A stretch of DNA of 27,621 nucleotides from positions 1 to 27,621 of IMG/VR virus record IMGVR_UViG_3300042402_005048, one strand, 5' to 3'. Shown piece by piece: positions 25,379-27,621 of the stretch (position 1 is its first letter; every line of letters starts with the position of its first letter). A program made the translations under genes and the position numbers. The DNA comes from a virus. Lineage: Duplodnaviria; Caudoviricetes. Below the pieces are notes generated by a model, which was not told where the DNA came from, ran no database searches, and worked only from the letters and a program-made list of their open reading frames with translations.

Positions 25379-27085
25379 TTAAGTTATTTTTATCATTGTT
25401 GAATTATCAGAAACGCCTTGATAGTTATATACTTTATTTCCATTCCAGGGATAAGTATCTCTAGGAGTCCCACCAACTGCTGGGCTGCTTACTACTAATG
25501 TAGAATTAAAATATTGTCCCGTTAACGCACTGTAATTATGACTTAATAGTCCTCTATAATTACTTGCTAATGTTGTTGTATCTCTTAAAGTTATAGCACC
25601 TGTACTTGGATTTAATTGATACCAACAAATCACAGTATTACTATCATCACTAACGTATGAAACAGTAAAATTAGTTATATTTGAAGTAACAACTCCAGCG
25701 GCGTTTACTATTTGTGTGTCTGCCATTCTTTCAACATGTATACGTTCACCACCATTGTTAAATAAAGTGCCGGGTCCAAATAATGTATATGTGGTACTAT
25801 TTAATAAGTTATATGTGTTAGTACCGGGGTTATTAGTGTATATTCTCATATAAACATACCAGTTACCTCCTGAAATGTAATTCCAAGCAACAGCAATATA
25901 GTTATTTGTACCGTCGTTATAAATAATTGTACCTCCAAATGCTCTCATTCCTGGATTTTGATAAGCATCCCATATTTTAAAGGTAGTCATATTAGATGTT
26001 AGTACGGTTCCGGTTCCATTTAAATTAACGTCAAATTTTGCAATAACCATTCCTGAATTATGTGGGCCTGGGTCTGGCCAGTATAAGTAAAATGCATACA
26101 TCTTACTATTAATAGCATCCCAAGCTAGTGCTCCTTGCATGTTATCGTTTTGAGCTACGTACTCCTGATATTGACCAGATGATGCTACGATTTGGGTAGC
26201 CATAGAAGATATACTTGCTCCATTTCTTTTAATAAAAATAACCAAATTTCCTTGCCATTGTCTATTAACTAAAAGTGCGACAACATCATAATCAGCCGTT
26301 TGATTCCCAACATATAGAGCATCTTCTGGGTTTACATAAGCGTTATCTAAAACCGGAAAGCCACTTGAAACTTGAGCTACGTAACCAGGGTTGTTTGCCG
26401 GGCTGATGTAATTATAGGCCCAAGCATACATTTGTACTTGTAAGTTATAATAACCACCATCATTTGTTGTTGCTACCATTCCATATCCGGATGTAGTATT
26501 TAAAACTGGTGACCAAGCAGCTCCAAGTGCTCCTCCTACAGGAATTGTATCGTAAGTATGATTACTAGCTAAAATTGACATGCAATTACTGCTCTGTAAA
26601 GAGGATCCTGAAATTGCATAAATTGTTACTCCGGGTCGCCATCCATTAGCACAGCAAGCACTAGCGTAGTATCGTGCCCCTGTTGTTGTATTTACAGATA
26701 GTAAGTGTCCGTGGAAATCTCTATTTGTGCCTACATTAGGAACACCCCAACTTAATCTATCAGAAGGAGCTTGGTTTCCATAAATACCAAAATTAAAAGT
26801 ATTTACAGATCCATTTCCTATATTAGATTTATAATAAGGAGAGTAACTTATATTCCCACTAGCATCTCTACCAAAAAACCACTGTATTGTTAAATTTGTA
26901 GTTGTTGATGGTAATGGAGGATTTCCTGATAAGTTATTAGTATCAATAGCATTATAAACATCTGCCATACTTACTTGAACTTGGCCAGTTCCACTTAAAG
27001 GACCTTGGTTTAGACCTAAATAAGCTCCAAGATCCCCTAAGTTGAAGTTTGAGTTTTGTACCCCTGCTGGTTTTAAATAAGCCAT
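25379..27085 (-). CDS. Putative virion / fibre-associated protein (568 aa)
   Basis: Asn/Gly/Ser/Thr/Tyr-rich, beta-strand-like composition; TAATG-coupled to the S74 tail fibre gene. Confidence 0.6.
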   Translation of the reverse strand: MAYLKPAGVQNSNFNLGDLGAYLGLNQGPLSGTGQVQVSMADVYNAIDTNNLSGNPPLPSTTTNLTIQWFFGRDASGNISYSPYYKSNIGNGSVNTFNFGIYGNQAPSDRLSWGVPNVGTNRDFHGHLLSVNTTTGARYYASACCANGWRPGVTIYAISGSSLQSSNCMSILASNHTYDTIPVGGALGAAWSPVLNTTSGYGMVATTNDGGYYNLQVQMYAWAYNYISPANNPGYVAQVSSGFPVLDNAYVNPEDALYVGNQTADYDVVALLVNRQWQGNLVIFIKRNGASISSMATQIVASSGQYQEYVAQNDNMQGALAWDAINSKMYAFYLYWPDPGPHNSGMVIAKFDVNLNGTGTVLTSNMTTFKIWDAYQNPGMRAFGGTIIYNDGTNNYIAVAWNYISGGNWYVYMRIYTNNPGTNTYNLLNSTTYTLFGPGTLFNNGGERIHVERMADTQIVNAAGVVTSNITNFTVSYVSDDSNTVICWYQLNPSTGAITLRDTTTLASNYRGLLSHNYSALTGQYFNSTLVVSSPAVGGTPRDTYPWNGNKVYNYQGVSDNSTMIKIT

Positions 27086-27621
27086 TATTTATTTTTTAAT
27101 ATATCAACTTCTATTTTTAATTCTTTAACGGCCTGAATCAACAAAGGTACTAATCTGTCATAAAGCACAGTCTTATATTCACCCCAATCAGCTACTACTT
27201 CAGGCATTACTGCTTCAATTTCTTGAGCAATTACTCCGACTTCTCGTTTACCTACTCTTGAAGGTGCCATTGCTTCAGCTTCTTCTGTCCAGTTAAATCT
27301 AACACCTCTAATTTGTTCAATTAATTCAAGTGCTGATTCAATTTCAACTACATCTTTCTTTAATCTACCGTCTGAGAAGAAAGCAATAATATTACCGGTT
27401 GCTCTAATTTCTCCAGCAATACCTGGTGCAGGAGTATTAACACCTAATGAATTAATTTGAGCATCTGAGTTGGTTGTAAATCCACCTGGGGCACCTGTTG
27501 TTCCTTGTGGTCCAGGTCCTCCTGGTGAACCATTTGATCCTGCTGTACCTTGAGGACCTGGTCCTCCTGGTGAACCATTTGATCCTGCTGTACCTTGAGG
27601 ACCTGGTCCTCCTGGTGATCC
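27085..27621 (-). CDS. C-terminal part of a collagen-repeat tail fibre with peptidase S74 intramolecular chaperone (runs off the right edge)
   Basis: Frame open from 27621: (GSPGGPGPQGTAGSN)n...GEIRATGNIIAFFSDGRLKKDV...IRGVRFNW...GVIAQEIEAVMPEVV...YDRLVPLLIQAVKEL. SDxRLK is the autocleavage motif. The track's 61 aa ORF is only the tail end. Confidence 0.92.
   Translation of the reverse strand, partial: GSPGGPGPQGTAGSNGSPGGPGPQGTAGSNGSPGGPGPQGTTGAPGGFTTNSDAQINSLGVNTPAPGIAGEIRATGNIIAFFSDGRLKKDVVEIESALELIEQIRGVRFNWTEEAEAMAPSRVGKREVGVIAQEIEAVMPEVVADWGEYKTVLYDRLVPLLIQAVKELKIEVDILKNK
27515..27618. repeat. 45-bp perfect tandem repeat (at least 2.3 copies) encoding collagen Gly-X-Y
   Basis: Unit ggtcctcctggtgaaccatttgatcctgctgtaccttgaggacct at 27515-27559 and 27560-27604, partial copy at 27605-27618. 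Confidence 0.95.

Noticed and set aside
27515-27618. CRISPR-like repeat array
   Set aside because: Repeats are contiguous with no spacers and encode in-frame Gly-X-Y collagen.
1-27621. Stop-codon reassignment (TAG/TGA recoding as in some large phages)
   Set aside because: Genes tile the window densely under the standard code, and TAG (3188, 6799, 7106, 24135) and TGA (24536) end genes at sensible positions.
1-27621. tRNA, rRNA, introns or other structured ncRNA
   Set aside because: Intergenic gaps are all under about 90 nt and AT-rich, leaving no room. No interrupted genes were noticed.

Overview
A 27.6 kb, AT-rich segment of a large contractile-tailed (myovirus-like) bacteriophage. All credible genes lie on the minus strand and use the standard code. 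In transcription order (right to left): (1) the C-terminal end of a collagen-repeat tail fibre with a peptidase S74 chaperone, then a 568 aa probable virion protein; (2) a compact enzyme module with a sulfotransferase, a small ORF, an APS kinase, a HIGH-family nucleotidyltransferase, a DUF2061-like protein, a flavin-dependent tryptophan-halogenase-like enzyme and a 2OG-Fe(II) oxygenase; (3) a 13 kb array of 11 LamG/ConA-like lectin paralogs interspersed with a fibrinogen-like protein and small virion-associated ORFs; (4) a beta-propeller glycosidase-like gene and a TPR gene behind a distinct -35/-10 promoter; (5) the core tail module of sheath, tube, tail-assembly chaperone with a probable +1 frameshift extension, tape measure and downstream tail/baseplate genes. 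An ATATTTATW motif sits 4-22 nt upstream of 11 gene starts and is a probable phage late promoter. The best candidate for an undescribed system is a self-contained PAPS-synthesis/sulfation + hydroxylation + halogenation module co-transcribed with collagen fibres and a modular lectin array, i.e. phage-encoded chemical decoration of the virion. All protein calls come from motif recognition by eye; no database search was run.
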